A stretch of DNA of 64,000 nucleotides from Ophelia neglecta (lineage: Eukaryota): assembly GCA_965285935.1 (NCBI GenBank), contig OZ260666.1, positions 32,302,001 through 32,366,000 on the forward strand, written 5' to 3'. The notes below the pieces were generated by a model that was not told the origin of the DNA, made no database searches, and saw only the letters and a list, made by a program, of their open reading frames with translations. The position numbers and the translations under genes are program-made. Shown in pieces: positions 37,601 to 51,300 of this stretch. Position 1 is the stretch's first letter; each line of letters opens with the position of its first letter.

Positions 37601-40600
37601 GCAAGGGAGGCCGTCCCTTCTCACATTCAGGAGTGCCACTAGTCTAAATCTACTAAATACATATTGTGTGTTAACTCTAACATATCAGCGGTGCCTTCTG
37701 ACTCCCAAATCTGCAATTAAGTGAACATCAAACCTAGTTTGTTCGTAAGTAGGGCCCTCCCAAAAACGGCCCCACAAACCCATGCTAATTCCCACCTCCA
37801 TCACTGGTTAAGGGATGTAAAGTGCTGTAGATTACCAACTTGGTGCTTTACAGAAATCCCTCATATCTACAAGGTAAACATGTCTTAGTACAATGCAGCT
37901 GAATGTGAAATATGGTCACAGCTGCTCCCTACACCAATATATTATCATGAGATTATTGCAGGACTAAAAACAATCTGCTGCCAGTCTTGCATCTCTTCAT
38001 ATTTATTCATGTAGTGTGATATCTGAAGTTTTCCTTGAAGCAGCCTTGGTGCAAAAAAAGGAAGGCCTCACCATCTACCTTCTGCCATTCTCGGTTTTTT
38101 TTTTCATTTTTCTGACAGGAAATATTCAGGTGTGATGTGATTGAACTAGTAGATCAATCTGGCCATGAATGTGACAAGTTACGTGACCAGACAAAACCGT
38201 CTCTACTTTCAGTTGCATGATCTTTTCATAACATTTTCCAGGATATTTAAGGACATGCCACAAAGATACAAAAGCAGCCTTATAAACCATACTATGATTA
38301 ACACATTATCAAGACATCTATTGATTGCAGACTTGGACTGCTGTTCTCTTGACACTTCTTACAGATTTTAGTATTTGACATTTAGAAAGTTGTTTTTATC
38401 CGAGGGCCAAGCAACAGAACATATTCATCCAATCAATCTCCTGTTTACAACTGAGATCAGGGAGGTGATTATCTTTTACATTGATTAGATGAATGGTAAG
38501 CAGGGAAGTAGGAAAGACGAGAACTGACAGGTAATGATGTCCAGTACCATGTGACCAGGGATGACCAGAACTAAGATGACAAGAATCCAGCAAGACATGG
38601 TCCAAGTTACAACAGGTACACCGTGCTGTTAGAGGGTGGTAATTGGGAACAGTTGCCATGGTAATTCAGTATTTACCTATTATCACTCAATCTGGTGTGA
38701 GCTAACATACAGGCTGTCTCTGGTAGTGATAAACCAGGGCTCAAGTCGGGGGACCTGCCCAGATACTTCATAGGTCTACATGGCCTAAAACATACATGGA
38801 GGAATGCCTCAAAATAAACCTGACGGCCTTATATAAAGAATTTTTTATAAAAACTCCTACGGCCTAAAACAAGGGAAATAATATGAACATGTATATTAAA
38901 ACACCACTCTTAGATCTACAAGACTCTGTAGAGTACTTCTCTCCAAATCTCTCGTCTAAAGCAAGAATAAAAAATATCAGGATAATCAAAGTACTTTGTA
39001 TCTGTGCCTATCATAGGATCAGCAAATCAATTATACCAGCATTCCTCCCACAGTTATCTAAAGAGGATAAAAATATTGAATTGTCCTTGTACTTTTAATT
39101 GTAAAGGAAAACTACCTGTGTCACTGTGGTTCCTTCGGGTCTGATTGCATCTGGTTCTGCTCTTTGTGTGTGGCAAACTAATGAGTTCAGTGAAATTATT
39201 AAATCTACCTCAAGCGATCGCAATCAGCAGAAAATTATTTTGAACTTGATGTAACCACTGATATACCCAGAGGTAGTCATAAATGATGTACTGATATCTG
39301 TAGTGCAACTGTTAGGCGTGAAGGCACAAATATAACAGCACCTAATCATAAAAATCACCGGTGTACTGCCCGGCTGTCTGCTCCCAACAAATGGTAAATG
39401 AGCTGTTGCTGAATTGAAAGGAAAATTTCAAAAGAATATTGCCTAATGCAAAAACAGTTACATGCAATTAATCAAAACATTGAAAGCAGTGCTTAGTCTA
39501 TTGATAATAATTCAGACACCTATTAAGTATGTTTTTGGAATGACATATTATTGATGAGTTATCAGGTTACTTTGAGTAGCATGTAATTTACAAGGCCTAT
39601 TGTACATGCCTAACTTGGACTTCTCACCAATCTTTTGATTTCAGGCCCAGGTCTTTGAGTAAGAAATGGACAAAGGAAAAGGATGAGCTGCTAATTTTCC
39701 TGTCTGCTACTATTTTCATTTCTATCGTGTTCTAATATCTAATAAATAGCAAAGGTCCCAAACTTGAGTTACCCTCCTGCAGTTATCTGAAGAGCGTGTG
39801 CGTGCGGCCAGGTCAGAATTTGAGCCTCGGAAACAGATATCAAGCACAGCTACTGGCCCCTAATTGCTCCCACAGTTCAAAGGAATAATCTATACACTAT
39901 CTACTTGTTGAGTGAAAAGAACAAGGTTTAGCCACATTTGATAAGGATGGGGGCACCTGCTGATGGTCTGAAGGGGTGCAAAGTTTATTGTAGAATTACT
40001 TATGTAGAATCGAATTGCAGCCCAGTATATATACCTATCAAGGTTTGTGTGTCTTGAATCACATGATACTTGACATTTTTAATTTTCTAGCTGGGATTCC
40101 ATCTGCACAATTACTACATATTTGACAACCTTTATACTACGTCAGTGGCACTCCTCTTGAGCACTCTCTCTCTACTGGTCAATGACCCTCTGCCAGATAA
40201 CTTCTTGATGGAGGGCACTTGTCTGGGATCATCTGGATTAAATGTCCTGCCACGTTACCACGTTCAAAGGTTAGAATAGCAATTGCCATGCAACTAATGA
40301 CTGTTCACAATTTCTGGCATTTCCCTGTCTGTGCTTTGGAAAACAAAGCTGGCCAAGAGTAAAGCAATCCTTCATTGATTACAGACCTTGTCTATTAATA
40401 TGCAGTCTGACCTTCTCTCCTAATATTCTGTCCCACCAAAGCCTTTGTTCTGACTCACTCAAACTTGGATAACTTTGACTCAATTTACCCTGCAAACAGT
40501 GCCACTAACCTCCAGAGCTATACAAGCTATACAGCTGTTAGCAGGGCAACTCACTGTTTGTCATCCAAAAGATAAATGATACTCCATTCCTAATCTTTTA

Positions 40601-43240
40601 AATTGAAACAAAAAATTTGTCAGTAAAAGTTTATCTATTACAAAGAATCATCTGTTCATAATTGATGGCTGTACTTAGATATTGTTTACCAGACTCTTTT
40701 CGCCGTCATTTCCAAGTGGCTCCACAAAGAGGAAGCCTGCTTGCGCCACCTTGAAGATGGAAACCTGTTTTCGAGCTCCTGAGTCAATACTATAGGGGAC
40801 CTACAACGCTGACCTTAACTGCTTGTACTGTGTATCGATTTCAAATTCATGAATTCAACAAGGTTTCTGTAAGTTCTACATGTGTTTACACTGGCTGAGT
40901 GTGTTGGGTGTACTGGTATGTCAGTGCTTTCTGCTTCACTTGGATTTTGTCAAAGTGCTATGGGACTGTACAAACACTGACTGATTGCTTATAGAAACGG
41001 AGTTAACTGGTGTACAACAAGCCGTTTGAGATTCAGGAGAAATAGGCACGGCAGGTAAACTACGAAAACCATCCGAGAAGAAAGTTACCAAATTGTATCA
41101 CATTGTTGCTGGTGATCGTCTGGTCCAGGTAGCTCTTAGCCAAGTAGTATCGCCATGACAACAGCATGAAACTGATCATGGAGTGCTTCTTTGAGATCTA
41201 CCACCGCCCCTGATCAACACGCCTATTTTGCCAGATCAACATGCCTATCATTCAGATCGGTCAGGCACAGCGGACAAAAGCCACAAAACTGTCAAAGCTG
41301 ATGTGTATTGTCTACACACCTCTATACCGGTACATTGGATTTTCATCCCAATGTTACCTTTCCCAGGTAAATTCATTAACCAAGGAAGTGAAGGTATGCA
41401 ATTAAAACTGATTTGCGGCCACCATGGTACTTGTCATGTAACTCACACACACAGTTTGGATAAAACATTTCCGCTACTTTTCACGGACTGAATGCCCATG
41501 AATACAAGAAACTTATCCGGTAACTGCAAATCAAAAGAAAGTTTTCAAGTGTATCCAGAACATGCTGGTACCATTAAATCAGGTCTGGCTTTTGCCAAAA
41601 ATATTAAAAGAGCCTGCATAACTCTGATGATTAAAGGTCCATGATGAAAAGATAAGTCACGCCAAGGGAATAATCTAGCTAAGAGGCAACTATAGGCGAT
41701 TCTTTGTAAATTACCATTAATAACAGAAAGTACTTGGCAGGTGAGTCTGTACGTGTGCTGGTGAAAGGGATTTAAATTGGTTTTTAGTTTACTTTTAGAC
41801 TTTTTGGCTTTCAAATTGACAAGACATAAATAGTGCCAGATGCCAAACAAGAGTTACCATCAAAGACTGCCCTCCTGAACAAACAACTGTGATGACCATT
41901 GGAAACAGACCAAAACTTAATAGGCAGTGGTGAAGCTGGGTAGAGTGATGCTAATAAGGCACAATTAATGTTGTCATTTTCTAGGCCAAGCCCCCAAGAG
42001 AAATCTTAAATTACTCATCTCTCACACATTAGTATACAGCACAATCTGTGACAAGAATGTGCCTCTCCTGAGCAGCCCCACTCTTTGTTCTCTAGCCAAT
42101 CAGGCGTGAGATATAGGTAATCAAGAGATACATATACCATCTGGATGTCTTCTCCCCACCCTCCAGGACAGCCCAGGCTGCCACATCACACCAGTCCCTT
42201 GTTTGTATTGTAAGTAATGTCTACCTCCTAAACAACATCAGGACCCGAGCTGACCAACAGAGGTGTGGACAAGAGCAGGAAGACAATGACGCTTTGGCCA
42301 TCATCATTCTCTTAGGATGCCTCTGAATGGCTGGTGCTCAGAAAGGCCCAAGAAGGGCAGTCCATCGTTTTTGTGGGGGGAGGGGAGGGCTCTTCGGGAC
42401 TGGTGTTAGCCTTCATCTGGCACACCTTTACGTGCACAAATCAAGATTGCCACGGTACACTGACATCTGTTATGGTTTATTTCAAATACACCATAATTAA
42501 TCTAAATAACATTGAGAGCACTGGGCTTCATGTAAGGATTATGCCAGATTAACTATATAACCTCGATGGTAATTATTTCTCTAATATGAATGCATACTTA
42601 ATTTAGCTGGGTACAGTCACTGAAAGCTTCATTGAGAGTTAAGCACCAGTGACAGCCCTCACTGTGCCTGACAGAGAATCCCCTTGACAGTAATAAGAGC
42701 CAGGAACACAGGTAGTTAGCAGGCCAGGATTAGTCCAGACACCATGCCTACATCTGCAGCTATTTGCTCTACAATGAATATGGTATCTTTGTCTGCCCTG
42801 CCTTACCACATCTGTCCTGTTTTCTCTGACAAAAGGGCATACCTTCATCAATGAATTCTTCAAAAAGATTTTAAGGTATGCACATACAAGCATAAAGATC
42901 CACTCTCTAGTGACATATACCACAGCACCAGAGCAGTGGATATTCTTATTATTATGCTAGTTAACAATACACAAGTCCGTCCAATTTCTTAACATATTGA
43001 AATGTTCATATACAGGTAGAGTATATTTGTGAACACCATGCTGCTCTTCAATCAGTCAAACGAATCCACTTCTTATTGAGTTAGTATAAAAACCAAATCA
43101 TCAGCACCAGTAAACTAGCAGCAGGAAGGTAGGACGGGGGACCAGAGAGCTTTTATTAGTTGAATACTTACTGACTGAATGAAAAGGGAGGTAGAGTTCA
43201 CCTATAACCGACAAGACAAGTCCAGCTGCCGTGTATAGCT

Positions 43241-43279
43241 GGCCTGTAGGCCTGTAGGCCTGTAGGCCTGAGGGCCTGT
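43241..43279. repeat. 8-nt tandem repeat
   Basis: GGCCTGTA x3 followed by two degenerate copies. Confidence 0.85.
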
Positions 43280-45276
43280 GGATCAGGTTTCTCTCCCACA
43301 TCAGACAATCAGAAATCTATTGAGACCCTAACCTCCAAGTTTAAGGATTGGATGGAAATGCTTTCAGGTGTGCATGTAACCAAAAACGAATTAATGGTAT
43401 TCCTATGCTAGATACAAAGTATTATCTACTAGGATTGCAGCCCTGCAATTAATCTAATCATCAATTTGAGTACCAGTCAGTAAACTGCTAAACAATATGC
43501 CATAAACCTCACCTTTTATGACCTTTCTTCCAAACCACTGCATAACATAATTTATGTTTCTTCTCATAACCATGTAAAAAGCTTTCACTTGTATTCAACT
43601 TTTCACAAAATCATAAAACTAAAAAAGATTGGGTGTTTGAGAGATAACAGCCTGCCTACTAAATGATACAGATGAGTATCAAAATTGCACTCCAGGGCCA
43701 AATAACTCTGCTTATGAATTAAAAAGGTTTTATACATGTTATAAGTGTACCTTTATAATTACATTATATCTGATAAGACTACCTCTCTGAGAGACTGATT
43801 CAGTGTCTCAGTAAAACCGTTGTTAAACCTCTATGGGATGAATGCACTTGGATAGTTTTTTAAATACTCCAGAAGGTAAGTTTTGTGACACGAGAGAATT
43901 TTCTTCTAGCAGGCCCAAAGAGACAGTTCAGCAGACCAGAAATGTCAAGTCCAGGTGAATACTGTAGGGCAAAACTTGGAATCTTCCTTCACTATTTTTT
44001 GGAGGGAAAACTTAATTTGTGACTTTCTTATTGTTAAAGGTGACTGAATAAAAAAAAACCAGAAGGAGCTTAAAGCTTAAATGGCAAATTACACAATTCT
44101 GCTGTTACTTCCACAAAAGCAATTCTAATTTATTTGCTTTAATTACTACAATATTTAGATAAATTATCTAACCTATATTAAAAAAAGGGTTTTGCACAAA
44201 ACAAGATAGTCTGTAAACCATTGTGACCCATTCATACATCGGCTACAAACACCTATAGTTGTGTCAAATGAGAGATAGATCATATATAACTGCAATACAC
44301 TATATGAATACCTACACTACCAAGGTCACATACCTCCAAACACAATCCTAAAACAATACATGTACAGTTGGTTCCATGGATGGATTACAACCAGGCAATA
44401 CATTTCAGAAATTATCAACATCATTTGGTTGCAAGAAGAATCCAATACAAATGGAAAAAAAAACAATTGCATCCCTTTTGACACAAGAAAGAATTGTTCT
44501 TCTTAATTGCCTAGTTCTGGTCAAATTAATCTTTCGCATCTTGCATATTTATCTTTCTCTGAGGCCAGCTCTGACCTTGTCTTCTTCCTATTTTCTCCTG
44601 ACAAGAAAAATTATGATCTATATTGTTTTGACCTGTGAGGATCAGTCCCTAATCAAGCTTGATCTACATTGATCCACACTAAAAGAAATGAATGGCCCTG
44701 GCTAATTAGAGGGTATGATGTCTGCCGTCAGAGCAGCCTGGGCCACCCGTGGCCATTAATATGCCAGTGGGGTCCACGCAGTGGCTTGCCATGTGGCTTG
44801 CAGTTCTTTGTGGTAAGCCTCCCGATTTGGAATGAGAGTGGACAATGCTTTTATTGCTAGCAGTCTCTGACCATCCCATGATATTACCAACCACAGTTAG
44901 AAGGCTTTACTGGGATGGTATTACTGGAAGAAGATTACAGACAAGACAATACTGGCTGGATGTCAAAAGGTGAGCCATGATAAGCCTGTCACCAACACCT
45001 GAGACAGACTCCACAATACTCGCAATATTATATCTGGGCTTGGCCTAGAAATTAATAAGGCTCTACAATATATCTACTTCATAAATACATCTAATACTGT
45101 GGTTATCTTATTGGAGGCTATGAGACAGCTCCTCCAATACACACCTTATCTACTCACTAAGTTTTTCCATCCATCAACTGTTTTTTTATTCAACATTATT
45201 ATATTTACTACGTTACCCCACTCTGAAGTTAAATCATTTGATCCCTTCACACACAATCTTAAGTAGCTAGTCAGGA

Positions 45277-45311
45277 ACTTACCTGTAATAAGAAAGAAAA
45301 GAATATTAGTT
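45277..45311 (-). other. Candidate recursive splice site (ratchet point) RS2, junction 45283/45282
   Basis: Minus strand reads ataACTAATattcttttctttcttattaCAG|GTAAGTtcct: branch-point A at about -24, a strong AG-free pyrimidine tract, and CAG|GTAAGT. Confidence 0.78.
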
Positions 45312-48300
45312 ATGGCAAAACACTTCAGGGTATCAAATATTTCTGCTTATAGAAAATCATTGATTAATCAAGTGGCATCAGTTTTCAATGTAAATCCCAC
45401 AGAATCGGGAGAATATACCTGCAGGGTTTTACAAACACTCAATAGACCAATCCAGCTACCACACTCATTGTGGCTGCTGTTGGCTGTGTGACAATATTTT
45501 CATTCAAATTACACAGAATGTTATAAGAGGTTTTACGAGTTACACACTTTGGTCATGTATACTACACAGGATCATGACCACCACAATGTTCGAGGCAGTA
45601 GGTGGATATTTGGCGACAGGACCTCGGTAAACAGCATTGTTGTTCTACCGCTATTTGGTCAATACTAAAGGTTATTGTCTGCAGGGCGACTTCACTGATC
45701 GGCACTGCATTTCAATTGATCAAACATGTCTTTTATGTAGATAAAATGTGATCAAATTTTCCGATGAGCAACTAGATCAGTTTCTTTACTGTTCAAAGAA
45801 CAAAGTATCATATTGTATCTTTGCATATAAATATACTGATGGGCTAAATTGTGGCTTTCAATAATTTAATTATATAAAAAAAAATCTGTAAGGATCACCT
45901 TCTGAAACATGGCGGTCTGAAGATGGTCTTTAAAATATGATAAGAATTAACTTTAGAACTTGGAACCCAACACTGAGGAGGCCTGTAAAACATTATCCGA
46001 CAAGACTTGAATACCCTCCTAATTCTGTGGAGCCATGTGATCTGTGATTGTGATTGAAGTACAATGTATGTCACATGTTTTAAGTAAAAAGAATCAGAAG
46101 ACCCTCCCACCCTGTTAAATGCAGCTCTACAACAAAGGAGTGTACTACAGTCCCGTTTCATGGTTACTGCAGCAGTTGCAAACCCATTGAAGGTCACAGC
46201 AATCAGACAGAACACATGACCTTCTACACAATCATCAAACTGGCTGTCTGTCTTTGATATGACTTCATCATCAGCGTTTGTCTCCTCCAGTGGCTGTGAG
46301 GAGTGGCAGGGGCTGCACAAGGGAAGCAGTGCTGGGCTCAGATTAACCCAATATTCCCACTTTGACATGGAACCCAGCAAACACGAGAAGTGAGGCCAGC
46401 ACACTTCCCAGGTACAGGGACATTGCGTGTCTGCTACTGGCTTGCCTTGTTCTGTGGACAGAGCCATGGACCTCACATTTCCTGAACAGGCCCTGGGGCA
46501 AAAAGAGAGAAGTCAATGCTAGGGAACTTTGCTAGCATTAAAGATCATGATGACAGATTGGGGAGGCCTGCCATTCTTCTTTTTGGCAGTTTTATTGCTT
46601 AATACAACCATGAGGCTGACAAAGAGGAGACATTTATATTGAAAGGTAGGATGAAGTTCACCCAATAGATGTCAAGGAATTTGACCACCAGGGACAGACA
46701 TAAATAATACATTTAAATGACAAGTCTGTAGAACACAAGCTGCCTGGGTACCTCGGTAGGATGAATAAAACATTACCAGATGACAGGCCACTTCATATTA
46801 ATATCTGTATGAGATCAACCACAATCAATACTCACAGCTTCAGTAAACATAGCTAACAAGTTATTTTATGAAAATCTTAGGTGTATGATATCAATGATGT
46901 AAATGCCTCATTATTTGACCTACACACATGACTCAAGTACTAGCAACTAATACATAAAGACTGACAAAATAATGTCTACCTGAACAAATCTCAAGATAAA
47001 AAAAGCTGCTGAATCACAGAATGACACAAGTGCTGTACACCTAAGACAATTAAACACGCTTGAGAAAACCTTACCTTGATTAAGTGTTCTCATCTTTAAC
47101 ATTGATTGAGGGGCAAGTGTATCTTCTCAGAGATGACAAGTTTATGTCTAACCTTTGGGGCAGGCTAGGTATGTAGAGCATGGAGGCAGCACTTGACCTA
47201 GTCATTAAACTGGGCATCAAGCACACTCAGGTGAAAGCTCAGAATCCAGGGATAACATTGTTACATATCATGCTTTAGAGTATAAAAATCATGTAACAGA
47301 GAACAGAGAGATGAATACAAATAACATGCTAGAGAACAAAGGCTAGCATGGCACTCATAGTAGATCTAGCTTGAAATACCACTAGAATAAAATAACCAGG
47401 TAAAGCTGAATAAATAAACAACTGGTATTCAATTAGGAATCATAGGTATTTGTGTGTATGAATATTCCCTAAAGGCCATAACAAGCAACTGGAAGAAGAT
47501 TGATCAGGACTTATGTTATTTTATCTCATGTTATGTACAGATCAGTTTTGAGTTTTGAGCTAAGCCACCAGAGCCTGCCAGGCCCATTGATTCTAGAGGA
47601 TTGTCTTCTAGGCCCATCCTAGAGCTAACATCTAACATGGTAATTTACATGTTTCCTGCTTTATGTTGATTAAAGGATTCACAAGTGTGAATTGAAACAA
47701 TTCAATCAATATTGACAGAATGTTATCAGCTATTGATTCTCATAGAGCGAGCTAGAGCTGGGTAAATTGGTCCTAATTCTTAGCACACTACGAGACATGA
47801 CCTGGCATGACAACTGGAACTTGAGCATCATAATTCACCGTGTTCACCAGCAGACGGAGAGGGAAACCGGAAAACTTGTGAATGTTAACTGAGGAGTCGG
47901 GGATTGTGATTCAGACAAATCAAATCACATCAGATGCAGTCTGAAATGAACTTAGACCAAATTGTCAATGACCTCTCAACGGACGCCGATTACAAAATCA
48001 CAGGAAAGGAAACAAATAAATCACCGTCGGCACTCAGACCAAAGTACTAATCAAGTTGTGGGCAGAGCAAGACACAATGAATAAAAATACCTTAATCAGA
48101 CAAATGCTACAACAAATGCAAATTCCAAATATAGAGTTTTCCTGATGATTAGACAAGAGTAAAAATAACTCCCAATGCCTTTAGATAGCATGCACAACTT
48201 TCTCTGTAACTTGATTACTCTCTAAATCGGATTACCAACATCTATTTTTCATCAGAGAGCCTGTTATAAGCGGCTTAGGGGACAGAGGTAGGGTCAGTGG

Positions 48301-51300
48301 ACTTTACTTCTGGGGATGTTAGCAGTGGATGTTACCAGGGGCAGTTCTTTGCTGTGTAAAGATGAAGAGACAGCCGTATGTAAAAGATGCATTCAGCTCA
48401 GCCAGTAAGGGTGTAGATAAGTTTAGACTAACAGTAAATTCCCATCACAGAGATTCCTTGAGAGTTTCTTTCCACAGATAGAGACAAGTATTGTCTATGT
48501 CTCCTGGGGCCTTATCTTTCATGTACAGCACTTACTCGTGCTGTCTGTATTTAGGTATGTCCCAGGGCAGAGGCTGCTTGCTGATGGACAAAGACCCTTT
48601 AATTAACCCATAAAATTCTATTAATGAACACCATCCTCAGGTGGTTCATTCCTACAGCTAGACAAAATACATGCCTCTCCTCCCACCCACAACTACATCG
48701 CATGACTCACCCACTTGTAGTTTTTCCTCTATGTGATGAAGGTGTGAAGATAAAAAAATCATTTGGTACAGGTAGCCCATTAAAAAGACGGTGGCCCTTT
48801 GTTCTACATTTCTTTCTTTATGCAGCAATGTCTGATTAAAAACTTAATCGAAAGATATCAGACACACATCAGACAATAAGAATATGTTAATGCACAGTCA
48901 TCTTTACACTGTTTTATACACGATAAGGGTTTCTATGAATAAAAGCAAAGGAACTTTGGGTTCTTGTTAGGCCTGTCATCAAATCTAATGTGTTTTCAAT
49001 AGGGCTGACATGGCGGCTAGACACCCTGTTACAAGTAGAATTTTAATGATGAAGAAAGGTGAAAGGAATACGTCTGGGATGTGAGTAGATCCTAGCCGCA
49101 ACTGCCTAGAAGCCTTGCCTACAGACAGCAGACTTCAATTCGCAGCACATGTCCGGTATAAAATCACTAATAGATTACCAAGAAGAAGCTGCATGGCATC
49201 TGACAGGGCATGGTGTGCAACTTAGGAATTCGGCATTTAGGACTAATATTACCACTAATAATTGTCAAATTTCTGGCTAGAAGTTACCAGCAGGAGCAGA
49301 AATAATTTCTTCGACCCTGACAGGCCCTGTGCTGTCTGAGATTCTTTCTTCCTAGAAAGTCAAAAATGAAGACAAGTGTGCCAGGTGACAGGGGATGAGA
49401 TAAAGCTTGGCCCTGAGGAATCATCTTACACATAATGTTGTCATGGTAATGAGCAGCTCCTAGATGATCATATTATTGTCTGTCACACTCCTTTTCCCTA
49501 ACAGCCAATTTGAGAGGCCCTCAGGGTGTGTTAGAAAATTCTAGTCATACTTTCTCAAAACACAATGGAATATTTCATCATCTTAAGAGATGATATGTCA
49601 TACATGTACGCACGTGAATAACTAATATGTCTAAATAACAGGTAGACCACTGAATAGTACGGCAAATGGATATTTGGCAAAAACAAGATCAGCCAGACAG
49701 GAATAACATATATATATATAGATAATAAAAAACCTAACAGAAACAAATGGTGTGTATAACAATGGATGTTTAGACATTTTATCTGCGTGTGACAAGGAAT
49801 ATGAAAAACATGCATTTATGTTCTTTCAGAGATTCTGTGCATCAACAATAAACTGGAATGTTCCTTTAGATCTACAAGCAAGTCACAAGAGCCTCTCATC
49901 TTGATGGGGTTTTTTAAATGCAAAATTCTGATAATCAAGTGTATTTGGACTAGAAACATACATGTTGTACTATGACAGGGTGCCTAGTGATGCCTGGTAG
50001 CTATTTACTGTGTCTAAAGTAGGCACTTTAGTCTTACAATCAGTTTTATTGAGAGCCTACTATAGCAGCTTCGTGACTGAATGAGGAAGCCAATCATTAA
50101 GTGGATAGCACAGACTGGAACCAGCAGCCACCAGCTAAAGGACTTAAATATTAATCTCACTTTCAAGACATTTTGTTTTATTGAATTCACCTAGTCCAAA
50201 GGAATCAGAACAGGCTGCCTTCCCTGGCTGGATGGAAAAAACTACAGAGTTTGCCGCTCTTCAAAATGATTTGAAATACAGTTTTTAATTTGAGTACTCT
50301 TGCCAGATGCCCTAACAGTAATCTTCTTTTTTTGCCAGAAGCAGAATAAACAAAATAAAGAGACACTCTCACACAATGGCAAAGTTAAAGTAAATTCACC
50401 ATTATTTAAACTGTACTGAGAACTGGTATTACTAAATCAGACATTGTATTTAATCCTGTCTCCTCTATATAAAGGTATGTTACCATTTTTTCTTGGGAGG
50501 GGGAGGGGGGGGGGGGGTCTGTTACATAATGATAACACCTGAACATTAATTGAAGTGGTTCTATCCTAGTTAATATACAAATGAGTACAGTTGTATCTCC
50601 ACTTAACACACCCAAGGAGGGTAACCCTTAACATCAAACAATTCACACTCAGCATTGTTCAAGTATTACTGGAGGTTCCCAGACCACACATACTTCAGAC
50701 TATTGTTAATCAAATGTATTAAAGTGTACAATATTAATCAACTCCAGTTGATTAGAAGGGTTTCCAGATAAACAGGATATCACTTGTACAGAAAATATTG
50801 ATCCCCCAATTTCCATTATAACCACCATTGACAAACTTCTATGAAAGAATACCTATTCTTTCGTGCTCATCCCATTCCTGGAAAGCTAGGAGTTAGTCAT
50901 CAAATGCAATAAATAAAACCATTCTGCAATAAATGACAGTATGGCCAACACTAATATGCAATAATTGCTGGCCCTCGGGGAGGTAAGTGAATTACACAAA
51001 GCTAGAGGAGGCCACAGGCCTGAGCAGACGAGTAAGCAAGGCTTCCCCCTCTTGCTAAGGAATTCTGAAGGAACCTTGATTGTTCACTAAACACATTTTA
51101 GTGTCTCATCTGCAATGATTCTGCTCCCAGACACGACTGAATATTACTCCTCGCATTTCTCTTCTAGGCTTAACTCCTCAATGACAAGATTGGCCACAAG
51201 TACATTTCAAGAATGTGGATGAGTTGGTGTCAAAACAATAGATATGTGTGGGGTACATTGGAATATATTTTTATACACTAGGCGTGAAAACAAACAACCT

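Noticed and set aside
45895-46495. 193-aa minus-strand ORF with a nearby acceptor-like tract (ttctctctttttgccccag at 46493)
   Set aside because: Non-ATG start, no recognisable domain, composition typical of non-coding DNA, and no ephrin N-terminal motif; at most a cryptic exon.
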